This document shows, piece by piece, positions 1 through 7,838 of a DNA stretch of 64,000 nucleotides. The notes beneath the pieces were generated by a model. It made no database searches. It saw only the letters and a program-made list of their open reading frames with translations, and was not told the DNA's origin. Origin of the DNA: Syntrophales bacterium (GTDB lineage: Bacteria; Desulfobacterota; Syntrophia; Syntrophales; PHBD01). Within the stretch, counting starts at the first letter, position 1. Each line of letters begins with the position of its first letter. A program made the translations under genes and the position numbers. The DNA is taken from positions 2,976,001 to 3,040,000 of the forward strand of contig OY764159.1 in assembly GCA_963668175.1 (NCBI GenBank), given 5' to 3'.

Positions 1-620
1 GACGAAAAGACCTCGATCATCGGCGCCGCCTTCGTTTCGTTCACTTCCAGCTCCACCATGCGGCTGTCGAGCTTGCCCTCGCGCAGCATCCGGCGCAGCT
101 TCTCGCGGGTCCCGTCGGCCTGGGCCGGGGTCATATCGTCGATTTCCGACGGCGTCCTGTCCCGGAGCATGTCCTCGACGTTCTTTTCGATGGGCTTCGG
201 CGGCAGGAGGACGTCCAGGAGCCTCTCTTCCGCAAGTCCCGCCGCCTTCGCGCGGACCTTGCCCTGCTCTTCCTGCTTTTCCATGTTGATCGCCAGTTCC
301 ACCAGGTCCCGGATCATGGATTCCACGTCGCGGCCGACGTAGCCAACCTCGGTGAATTTGGACGCCTCGATCTTCAGGAACGGCGAATTGTCGATCTTCG
401 CGAGCCTTCGCGCGATCTCCGTCTTGCCGACGCCCGTCGGCCCGATCATGATGATGTTCTTCGGGGCGATCTCCTCGCCGAGTTCCTTCGAAACGTTCTG
501 GCGCCGCCAGCGGTTCCTGAGCGCTATGGCCACGGCGCGCTTGGCGTCGGCCTGGCCGATAATGTACTTGTCGAGCTTCTCGACGATCTGTCTTGGTGTC
601 AACGGGTTGCCGTCATACAT
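1..620 (-). CDS. hslU: ATP-dependent protease ATPase subunit HslU (5' part; runs off the window start)
   Basis: Manual translation from ATG at 620: [40 protein letters not shown]...[23 protein letters not shown]...[15 protein letters not shown]; directly downstream of hslV. Confidence 0.96.
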   Translation of the reverse strand, partial: MYDGNPLTPRQIVEKLDKYIIGQADAKRAVAIALRNRWRRQNVSKELGEEIAPKNIIMIGPTGVGKTEIARRLAKIDNSPFLKIEASKFTEVGYVGRDVESMIRDLVELAINMEKQEEQGKVRAKAAGLAEERLLDVLLPPKPIEKNVEDMLRDRTPSEIDDMTPAQADGTREKLRRMLREGKLDSRMVELEVNETKAAPMIEVFS

Positions 621-629
621 ATCTTTTCG

Positions 630-1220
630 TTACTCCTTGGACCGTCTCTTCGATCTCTTGCCGTTGTCTTCCTCCGGCTCGCCTTCCAGATCGAGTTCTT
701 CGACGGTGATGTTGTCGTTCGTGTAAATGCATATTTCCGAAGCGATCCGGACCGACTCGGCGGCGACTTCGGCGGCCGAAAGGTCCGAATACTTCACGAG
801 GGCCCGGGCCGCGGCGAGGGCATAGGGGCCGCCCGATCCGATGGCCATGACGTTGTCGTCGGACTCGATGACGTCGCCGGTTCCCGAAATCATCAGGAAA
901 TGCTCGCGGCTCGCGGCCACCATGATGGCCTCCAGGTGCCGCAGCATCCGGTCTGTCCTCCAGTCCTTCGTCAGTTCGACGGCGGCGCGCAGGAGATTGC
1001 CGCGATACTGCTCCAGCCGCTGGTCGAAGCGGTCGAAGAGCGTAAAGGCGTCGGCCGTGGCCCCGGCAAAACCGATGATGACTTCGTTGTTATATAGCCT
1101 GCGGACCTTCCTCGCCCCGTGCTTCATGACGGTGATGTCCACCGTGACCTGCCCGTCGCCGGCGATGACGACCTTCCCCTTATGTTTGACGGCCACGATC
1201 GTGGTGCCGCGTATCTTCAT
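630..1220 (-). CDS. hslV: ATP-dependent protease peptidase subunit HslV
   Basis: TTIVAV N-terminal Thr nucleophile, [24 protein letters not shown] motifs. Confidence 0.97.
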   Translation of the reverse strand: MKIRGTTIVAVKHKGKVVIAGDGQVTVDITVMKHGARKVRRLYNNEVIIGFAGATADAFTLFDRFDQRLEQYRGNLLRAAVELTKDWRTDRMLRHLEAIMVAASREHFLMISGTGDVIESDDNVMAIGSGGPYALAAARALVKYSDLSAAEVAAESVRIASEICIYTNDNITVEELDLEGEPEEDNGKRSKRRSKE

Positions 1221-2179
1221 GTCTTCGTTTCCTCCTTGGTTTGTCCGGCCTGCGCATCCGTCTTGTGTTGTCCGTCCCCTTCCCCGCCGGCCTTGGGGTG
1301 GGCCTTGTCGTAGACCTCCATGAGCCTGCTCACGCTCACCTGTGTGTATTTCTGCGTCGTCGAGAGGCTTTCGTGGCCCAGCATCTCCTGGATGGAGCGG
1401 AGGTCCGCCCCGGCGTCCATCAGGTGCGTCGCGAAGGAATGGCGGAGCTTGTGGGGGCTGATCTTGCGGCCGATGCCGCTTGCCTCCACCCTTTTCTCCA
1501 CGATCCTGGCGATGCTCCGGGGATTGAGCCTCTGTCCTTCCCGCCCCGTGAAGAGCGGTCCCGCCTCGCGGCCTTCCGCATCTCCCCGCACCGCGAGATA
1601 CCGTCCCACGGCCGAAAGCGCCGGAGCGCCCACGGGAACAAGCCTCTCCTTCTTGCCCTTCCCCTTGACCTTCACGAGGGCCTGGGCCTCGTCCAGATCG
1701 GGCACGTCGAGGTTCGCCAGTTCCGAAAGCCTGATGCCCGACGAATAAAACAACTCCACGATCGCCCTGTCCCGCAGGGCCGTTTCGTCGTCGCCCCCGG
1801 CCTCCGCGTTCAGGACGTTCATCATCTCGTCCACGGACAGGAACACCGGCACGTGCTTTTCCGCCTTCGGGGCCAGTACCGCCTCGGCGGGATTGGACGC
1901 CACCCTTCCCTCTCTTACGAGGTAGTCGAAGAAGGACCGGATCGCCGAGAGCTTCCGGGCCATCGTCACCTTCTTCAGCTTCTGCCGGTAGAGCGAGGCC
2001 ATGTAGGCCCGCACCGTCAGGTGGTCGATCCCCTCTGGTTTCGGCTCCGCTCCGGGCCTGTTCTCGGCGAGAAAGTCCGTGAACTGTCTCAGGTCGGCCA
2101 GGTAATTTTTCCGTGTGTGCCCGGAAAGATTCCTTTCGACGGCCATGTATTTTTCGAACGCCGCTATCGACTCTTTCAT
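1217..2179 (-). CDS. xerC: Tyrosine recombinase XerC
   Basis: [43 protein letters not shown]; conserved xerC-hslV-hslU order. Confidence 0.92.
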   Translation of the reverse strand: MKESIAAFEKYMAVERNLSGHTRKNYLADLRQFTDFLAENRPGAEPKPEGIDHLTVRAYMASLYRQKLKKVTMARKLSAIRSFFDYLVREGRVASNPAEAVLAPKAEKHVPVFLSVDEMMNVLNAEAGGDDETALRDRAIVELFYSSGIRLSELANLDVPDLDEAQALVKVKGKGKKERLVPVGAPALSAVGRYLAVRGDAEGREAGPLFTGREGQRLNPRSIARIVEKRVEASGIGRKISPHKLRHSFATHLMDAGADLRSIQEMLGHESLSTTQKYTQVSVSRLMEVYDKAHPKAGGEGDGQHKTDAQAGQTKEETKT

Positions 2180-2252
2180 AAAAAAAAGCGCTCAGCCTCA
2201 GCGATCGCTCTCAGCCTTAAGCTGACATATGATAGCTGACAGCCGACCGCTT
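2180..2252 (-). repeat. Imperfect REP-like palindrome built of TCAGC/GCTGA units, followed on the - strand by T8 (terminator-like)
   Basis: agcgctcagcctcagcgatcgctctcagcc-ttaa-gctgacatatgatagctgacagccgaccgct; A8 run at 2180-2187 abuts the xerC ATG. Confidence 0.5.
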
Positions 2253-2449
2253 GAATCAGCAGTGCCTCGACTCCATCGGATGGAATCCGGATATTCCTTT
2301 CCCGGCCATGCATTTCCGAGCGGAAACGCCCCGCCCCTGGGGGAAAAACAGTCTGCCTTTAACGCTTACGATAGTGTGGATCATAAGAGTCGCCCCTGAC
2401 GATGAAGGAAACCGCACCGACCGGCCGTAAAGGCGGCGTCTTCGCGCCG

Positions 2450-2950
2450 CTACATCTTATATTTGCCGAAGTCGTCCGGGGAGAGGTTCTCCAGGAATTC
2501 CTTCAGCTTGTCGTCTTTTAACTGATCCAGATCGGTTACCTTCGTCCCGAAATCGATGTTCCGCGATTTCTCGATGACCTTCTCGTCGACGTAGATGGGG
2601 GCTTGCGCCCGCAGGGCCAGGGCGATGGCGTCGCTCGGTCGCGCGTCGATGATGAAACTCTCGCCGTCCTTGAGGAGATAGAGGTTGGCGAAGAACGTAT
2701 TGTTCCGCAAATCGCAGATCTCGATCTTCAGAAGCTCTATCCCCAGGATCTTCAGGAGATCGTTCATGAGATCGTGGGTCATGGGTCTCGAAAAGGAGAT
2801 TTTCTCCATTTCGGTGGCAATGGCGCTCGCTTCGAAAAGGCCGATCCAGATGGGAATGGCCTTTTTGTCCGTCATGTCCTTCAGGATCACAATCGGCGTG
2901 TTCGTGATCGGATCGATGGTCAGACCGGATATCTTCATTTCTATCAGCAT
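2450..2950 (-). CDS. Bifunctional nuclease family protein (DUF151)
   Basis: IPIWIGLFEA, RPMTHDL, IDARPSDAIALALR motifs; GAGGAG RBS before ATG at 2950. Confidence 0.92.
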   Translation of the reverse strand: MLIEMKISGLTIDPITNTPIVILKDMTDKKAIPIWIGLFEASAIATEMEKISFSRPMTHDLMNDLLKILGIELLKIEICDLRNNTFFANLYLLKDGESFIIDARPSDAIALALRAQAPIYVDEKVIEKSRNIDFGTKVTDLDQLKDDKLKEFLENLSPDDFGKYKM

Positions 2951-2963
2951 TGAGCTCCTCCTG

Positions 2964-4334
2964 TCATTGAGCTTCCGCGCGTCGTGCAATGAATCCCGGC
3001 GATGCCGCGCCTGTAAGTTCCCCACGCAGCGAATGCAGATAAGCTTTTTTGATGAACACAGGAACCGTTTCCCCGATTGCCGTTTCTCGTTGCCTGAAAT
3101 TGACGATCTTGTTCCCGCACGTCCTTCCCGTCAGATCGTCTTTACCCGTCTTGCTCGGCCCTTCGACCAGGACGTCCAGCACCTTGCCCTCCAGTTCCCT
3201 GTTCCTCTCCTGGGTGTGCTCTTCCTGCAGGGCTTGCAGCACCGAGAGCCTCTCGCTCCTGATGCCGCGGGGCACCTTGTCGCCGAACCCGGCCGCAGCC
3301 GTTCCCTCCCTTTCTGAATACTTAAAAGAAAAGAGGTTGTCAAACCTGATTTTATTCATAAGGGCGATTGTCGCCCGGAAATCTTCGTCCGTCTCCCCCG
3401 GGAACCCGACGATGACGTCGGAGGTCACGCTGATGTCGGGGCGGACGGCCCTGAGGCGCCCGACCTTGTCCAGGTAGTCGGCCGCCGTGTAGCCCCGGTT
3501 CATCCGGGCCAGGATGCGGTCGGACCCCGACTGGACCGGCAGGTGGATATGGTTGCAGAGCGTCTCGATCTCGCCGAAGCACCGGATCAGGTCGTCGGAG
3601 AGGTCCTTCGGATGTGACGTCGTGAACCTGATTCGCTTGATCCCGTCTATCTTTCCCATATCCCGAAGCAAATCGGGAAAGCGGTAACCGCTCCCGTTCG
3701 TCCCGAGGCCGTAGGAATTGACGTTCTGGCCGAGGAGGGTCACCTCCCGGACGCCGTTTTCGGCCATCATCCCGACCTCGTCCAGGATGTCCCTGTGGGG
3801 CCGGCTTTCCTCCCTCCCCCGTACATAGGGCACGATGCAGTACGAGCAGAAATTATTGCAGCCCTGCATGATCGTGACGAAGGCCGAGATTTTTCCCGGA
3901 GCCGGAACCGCCTTTAAGGCCAGCGATGGCACGGATTTGCGGAAAGCCGTCTCCGTAACCTGCACCCGTCGGAGGCTTGCCGTGCGCACCATCTCCGGAA
4001 GCTTGTGGATGTTATGGGTCCCGAAGACAATGTCCAGGACCTGGCTGCGCCTGAAGAACTTCGCCCCCCACTGCTGGGCAAGGCAGCCGCCTACCGCGAT
4101 CACGAGCGACGGCTTCTCCTCTTTGAGCGCCGCGAAGCGCCCGAGCTGGCTGTAGACCTTTTCCGCCGCCTTTTCGCGGATGCTGCACGTGTTGATGACG
4201 ATAAGATCGGCCTGGCGCGGGTCTTCCGTGGGGCCGTAGCCCGCGTCCAGCATCATGGCCGCGATCTGGTCCGAATCGTGGACGTTCATCTGGCAGCCGA
4301 ACGTCTGGATATAAATTTTCTTCTTCTCTTCCAT
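2964..4334 (-). CDS. miaB: tRNA-2-methylthio-N6-dimethylallyladenosine synthase MiaB
   Basis: TFGCQMNVHDS, NTCSIREKA, CNNFCSYC radical-SAM motif, C-terminal TRAM domain. Confidence 0.95.
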   Translation of the reverse strand: MEEKKKIYIQTFGCQMNVHDSDQIAAMMLDAGYGPTEDPRQADLIVINTCSIREKAAEKVYSQLGRFAALKEEKPSLVIAVGGCLAQQWGAKFFRRSQVLDIVFGTHNIHKLPEMVRTASLRRVQVTETAFRKSVPSLALKAVPAPGKISAFVTIMQGCNNFCSYCIVPYVRGREESRPHRDILDEVGMMAENGVREVTLLGQNVNSYGLGTNGSGYRFPDLLRDMGKIDGIKRIRFTTSHPKDLSDDLIRCFGEIETLCNHIHLPVQSGSDRILARMNRGYTAADYLDKVGRLRAVRPDISVTSDVIVGFPGETDEDFRATIALMNKIRFDNLFSFKYSEREGTAAAGFGDKVPRGIRSERLSVLQALQEEHTQERNRELEGKVLDVLVEGPSKTGKDDLTGRTCGNKIVNFRQRETAIGETVPVFIKKAYLHSLRGELTGAASPGFIARRAEAQ

Positions 4335-4543
4335 GACCAACCGGAAACGTGGTTCTCCGCCGGACGCCGCAGGCATCAGGCAGCATCAAAACGCCTTATT
4401 ATATGGTCTGTCCATAGTCAACTACTTTTTACGCGTCATCCGACGGCCATACGACCGATTACATAGTCGTTTTTCCGGGGGAAAACGGGATCGGGTTATC
4501 CGGGCGCCGCTCATGCGCCCGCCGGACGGGAGAATGGTCCGGA

Positions 4544-4888
4544 TTACGCGTGTTTGACGGATTCGTCGTCGCCGGCGTAGCCGACGCCCCACTGGTACAG
4601 GGTATCCAGGATGGGCAGGAGCGTGCGGCCCGATCCGGTCAGGGAGTATTCGACCTTCGGCGGCACCTGGGTGTACACGAATCTCCTGACCAGCCCGTCC
4701 CGCTCCAGTTCACGCAGCTGCTGCGTCAGCATCTTCTGGGTGATGCCGGGCATCGTCCGCCTCAGGTCGCTGAACCTCAGGGTGTTTTCCCCCAGGTGCC
4801 ACAGGATGAGCGATTTCCACTTCCCGCCGATCAGATCGAGCGTCAATTCCATATGGCAGTGGTATTCGATATCCCTAAACCTGATCAA
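4544..4888 (-). CDS. HxlR-family winged-helix transcriptional regulator
   Basis: [22 protein letters not shown]...RFSDL...[14 protein letters not shown]...[10 protein letters not shown]; divergent from the flavoprotein gene. Confidence 0.93.
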   Translation of the reverse strand: MIRFRDIEYHCHMELTLDLIGGKWKSLILWHLGENTLRFSDLRRTMPGITQKMLTQQLRELERDGLVRRFVYTQVPPKVEYSLTGSGRTLLPILDTLYQWGVGYAGDDESVKHA

Positions 4889-4935
4889 GGCGATCCCCTC
4901 CCCGGCTCCTTATTCCATCCGCGGCAGGCGGACAC

Positions 4936-4976
4936 GGTATACAAACAGGTACTACGATACGAAATAGTGCGTACTT
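4936..4976. promoter_or_regulatory. Putative HxlR operator region in the divergent promoter
   Basis: GTATAC...GTACTAC...AGTGCGTACTT repeats resembling HxlR-family boxes, between the regulator and its probable target. Confidence 0.45.
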
Positions 4977-5091
4977 GCATGTTACGTTATTACCGTTTAT
5001 TCTTATAACACAGGCGGCATTATCCGGAAACGGAAAGTCGCATCCTGCGGCGTATATTTTAAATTAAAGACATGATTGGAGGAGGACGCTC

Positions 5092-5670
5092 ATGAAAGTC
5101 GTGGCATTCAACGGAAGTCCCAGGGCCAAGGGCAATACCGCCCAGAGCCTGAAAATCGTCCTGGCGGAAATCGAGCTCGCCGGCATCAAGACGGAATTCG
5201 TCCAGTTGGGGGGGCGCAAGGTCTTCGGGTGCCTGGCGTGCATGAAGTGCTGGGAGAACCAGGACGGCCGCTGCGCTCGGACGGACGACAAGATGAATTC
5301 GTACATCGAGAAGATGCAGGAGGCCGACGGCATCCTTATCGGCTCCCCCACCTATTTCAGCAACGTGACGTCGGAGGTGAAGGCCCTCATCGACCGCTGC
5401 GGCTACGTGTCGATGGCGAACGGCGGCGTCATGCTCCGGGGCAAGGTCGGCGCGGGCGTCGTCGCCGTGGGGCGCGCCGGGGCCACCTTCACCTATTCGG
5501 CCATCAACTTCTTCTTCGGGATTGCGGAGATGATCATACCCAGCAGCAACTACTGGAACATGACCCTGGCCATGGAGCCGGGCGACGTCCACAAGGACGA
5601 ATTCGGCGTCCAGACCTTCCAGCTTCTGGGCCGGAACTTCGCCAAAGTCCTCAAGCAGGTCAGAAAGTAA
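5092..5670 (+). CDS. Iron-sulfur flavoprotein / NADPH-dependent FMN reductase (flavodoxin-like)
   Basis: NGSPRAKGNT, CLACMKC-x7-C Fe-S motif, GSPTYF, KALIDR; GGAGGA RBS. Confidence 0.92.
   Translation: MKVVAFNGSPRAKGNTAQSLKIVLAEIELAGIKTEFVQLGGRKVFGCLACMKCWENQDGRCARTDDKMNSYIEKMQEADGILIGSPTYFSNVTSEVKALIDRCGYVSMANGGVMLRGKVGAGVVAVGRAGATFTYSAINFFFGIAEMIIPSSNYWNMTLAMEPGDVHKDEFGVQTFQLLGRNFAKVLKQVRK
5518..5670 (+). repeat. Copy 1 of the flavoprotein 3'-end repeat (functional gene end)
   Basis: 153 bp gggattgcggagatgatc...caggtcagaaagtaa, recurring at 6671-6823 and partially at 7665-7754. Confidence 0.95.
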
Positions 5671-5678
5671 CCCAGGGG

Positions 5679-5719
5679 GGCCTCCGTGGATGCGCAACGT
5701 TCGCCGAGGCCGTCTTATT
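5679..5719 (+). terminator. Hairpin after repeat copy 1
   Basis: ggcctc-cgtggatg-cgcaa-cgttcgcc-gaggcc followed by gtcttatt. Confidence 0.4.
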
Positions 5720-5808
5720 GAAAGCATAATGGATCGAAGACTTGCTTCTGAAACGAACGAATAATAGGCGTCGTGTTCCTTATTTATGGGCACTTACAAG
5801 AATGTGTA

Positions 5809-6024
5809 TTATTCTTTCATAACATTGAAGAATTCCCTGACCGCGTCGAGCAATGCGCCGATACAGAAAACACCGGCAATAACGGCGCCGACGATAACAA
5901 AGGGATGGTAAGGAAGATCGTTGTTCAGGCAGAAAACAATGACAACGAATATGGCCAGGAAACAAAAGACGATTCCTGCTGCGGAATCAAGAAGAATGTA
6001 GATTTTCATCCCCATTCTGAGCAT
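5809..6024 (-). CDS. Small hypothetical two-TM membrane protein (cargo 1)
   Basis: Two hydrophobic stretches; AGGTGG RBS-like upstream; AT-rich. Confidence 0.45.
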   Translation of the reverse strand: MLRMGMKIYILLDSAAGIVFCFLAIFVVIVFCLNNDLPYHPFVIVGAVIAGVFCIGALLDAVREFFNVMKE

Positions 6025-6118
6025 AAAAACCCACCTGTTACGATTGTATCGCTTCTACTTCATACATATTTATAACCGTCCTCTCAATTTGTTGCAACAT
6101 GAAAATGATGGTTTAATT

Positions 6119-6466
6119 TTATCGATCCCATTCCGGTGTGCCCATCTTCATAATTTCATCGCGATACCGTTGTATGCTGATTGAGTATCCTTGATAATAT
6201 TCCTGACTATAAATAGTGACGGTGTCGTTCGGCATGACATGAATAATACCGGACGAATATTTATCACGAAATACATCATTACCCATTGCCTCAAATCTCC
6301 TGCTTTGATTCATATAATTGAGAAGAAGTTCCCTGTCTTCGCCAGAATTGAGCGGCTTACCGCCGATATCTTCTTGGTCTAAGGTTAAGACATAAGGACT
6401 GATGCCAAGCACGCTCATGCCTACGCGTCTACCATATTTAAACATCGGATACATTATGTAGGACAT
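6119..6466 (-). CDS. Hypothetical protein (cargo 1)
   Basis: AAGGAG RBS before ATG at 6466 (MSYIMYPMFK...); AT-rich; family not recognised. Confidence 0.6.
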   Translation of the reverse strand: MSYIMYPMFKYGRRVGMSVLGISPYVLTLDQEDIGGKPLNSGEDRELLLNYMNQSRRFEAMGNDVFRDKYSSGIIHVMPNDTVTIYSQEYYQGYSISIQRYRDEIMKMGTPEWDR

Positions 6467-6609
6467 TCGAATGTTCTCCTTTTCTGTTAATTCTAAGCGA
6501 CATTCCGAAGGATATGCCCTCATAAGCTTCCATCTAATCCAAAACATTCATGCATTTGAAGTTGCACGAGCTCATGAGTGCCATGCGAATCCTTTATTAT
6601 CTTGCGCGC

Positions 6610-6638
6610 ATTATTCCATATATGCAATATATAGTCAA
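6610..6638 (-). promoter_or_regulatory. sigma70-like promoter for cargo 1
   Basis: TTGACT-17 nt-AATAAT on the - strand; spacer holds the ATATAT-n3-ATATAT palindrome. Confidence 0.55.
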
Positions 6639-6670
6639 GCTATATTTCTACTATTGAAATCTTCGCTCTT

Positions 6671-6823
6671 GGGATTGCGGAGATGATCGTGCCGGCGAGC
6701 AACTACTGGAACATGACCCTGGCCATGGAGCCGGGCGACGTCCACAAGGACGAATTCGGCGTGCAGACCTTCCAGCTTCTGGGCCAGAACTTCGCGAAAG
6801 TCCTCAAGCAGGTCAGGAAATAA
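6671..6823 (+). pseudogene. Copy 2 of the flavoprotein 3' end (orphan fragment, 50 codons plus stop)
   Basis: Collinear with 5518-5670; GIAEMIVPASNYWNMTLAMEPGDVHKDEFGVQTFQLLGQNFAKVLKQVRK*; changes synonymous or conservative. Confidence 0.93.
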
Positions 6824-6884
6824 TGCGGCGTATATCTGCTTCGGCGCAAGGCCGGCGGGGACGGAATGTTTTCGGGCGGGGATG

Positions 6885-6930
6885 CTCCTCCGATGCGAGT
6901 TTCAAGCCTTGCATCGGAGGAGGTCTTTCT
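6885..6930 (+). terminator. Strong hairpin after repeat copy 2
   Basis: ctcctccgatgcgag-loop-cttgcatcggaggag (15-bp stem, one G-T) followed by gtctttct. Confidence 0.6.
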
Positions 6931-7060
6931 AACGGCGGTACATCACACGATATGTTGCATGATCGCGGCGTATCCGGACCGTTGCGTCGGTTCTTCGGTC
7001 TGGCGAAGCATCCTGAACGGATAACCGGGCCTGTTTTCCAGGGATGGCAGGTTATTTAAA

Positions 7061-7181
7061 CAGCACCGTACAAAACCACGTGAAAGCGAGATGTGCGGGA
7101 AATCAACTGTCGCAGGATGTCGTGTAAGTTTCGGTTCAGATCGAGAGGCAATGGAGGGCAACTTCCGGAAGTACGGTGCTG
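7061..7181. ncRNA. Candidate structured RNA / inverted-repeat element
   Basis: 11-bp inverted repeat cagcaccgtac...gtacggtgctg enclosing hairpins tttcggt-tcag-atcgaga and ggagg-gcaa-cttcc. Confidence 0.3.
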
Positions 7182-7202
7182 CTCCCAGCAAACCTGTCTG
7201 TT

Positions 7203-7334
7203 TCAGCCTGGGCAGCTTGTCTTCAGGTAATAAAGGCAAAGCTGCGTAACGCGCTCATTCGGCCCGTGCATGACGGGCGCCAATGTGAATTCCTCCTCCT
7301 TCTTCTTCGCGGGAACTTCCTTTTTTTCTTTCAT
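7203..7334 (-). CDS. Small 43-aa protein (cargo 2); possible selenoprotein extending to 7056 if TGA is read as Sec
   Basis: AGGAAGGA RBS; MKEKKEVPAKKKEEEFTLAPVMHGPNERVTQLCLYYLKTSCPG-TGA; below the ORF-track length cutoff. Confidence 0.45.
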   Translation of the reverse strand: MKEKKEVPAKKKEEEFTLAPVMHGPNERVTQLCLYYLKTSCPG

Positions 7335-7664
7335 GTCGATTCCTTCCTACAACGTTCCCTTCCTTCGCGGGAGAGCATAAGAAATTTTGTCGCGCAGACA
7401 ATTGGACGATGTCTGAAAGATACATAGGATTATGACCCGGATTTAGGTAGGATTATGGGGAAGGATTACTGTACGCCGCGAGACGGTCAGGAGTTGTTCC
7501 GGATGCTGCCGAAGATACTTGGATTTTCAAAAATCCTTCCGGCCGTTCGTATTGATCATGATTCCCGGACGGAATATTATTTATTGAAGACTGACTCGCT
7601 GGATGGCTGGATAAAGGGATAGCGCGCCTTCTGACCAGAGGACAACGGGCCGTGGAATTAATCC

Positions 7665-7754
7665 GGCGACGTCCACAAGGACGAATTCGGCGTCCAGACC
7701 TTCCAGCTTCTGGGCCGGAACTTCGCGAAAGGCCTCAGGCGGTTCAGGAAGTAA
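7665..7754 (+). pseudogene. Copy 3 of the flavoprotein 3' end (shorter, more decayed)
   Basis: 90 bp collinear with 5581-5670; GDVHKDEFGVQTFQLLGRNFAKGLRRFRK*. Confidence 0.9.
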
Positions 7755-7838
7755 TAAGGCAGGTTCTTTTAGATAGCGCGAGGCTGTGGAGGACGATCTT
7801 TTTTAGGCCGATTCTGACCACCAAACATAAACGAATGA

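Noticed and set aside
1217..2179. xerC as the integrase of a mobile element or of the nearby cassette array
   Set aside because: It sits in the housekeeping xerC-hslV-hslU context with host-like composition, and I saw no integron-integrase insertion or attC-like sites.
2396..2412. Hammerhead ribozyme-like CTGACGA...GAAAC
   Set aside because: Only 5 nt lie between the motifs, so stem II cannot form, and I found no convincing stems I and III.
6603..6630. dif-like XerCD site (tgcgcgcatta-ttccat-atatgcaatat) just before repeat copy 2
   Set aside because: Only 8/11 and 7/11 matches to the E. coli arms in AT-rich DNA. It overlaps a better-supported promoter, and there is no matching site at the other cassette junctions.
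7061..7181. Retron msr-msd (a1/a2 inverted repeat)
   Set aside because: No reverse transcriptase in the window and no long msd hairpin; kept only as a generic structured-RNA candidate.
5518..7754. CRISPR array or DGR template/variable repeats
   Set aside because: The repeats are 90-153 bp coding-gene ends with about 1 kb between them. Differences are not adenine-specific, and there are no cas or RT genes.
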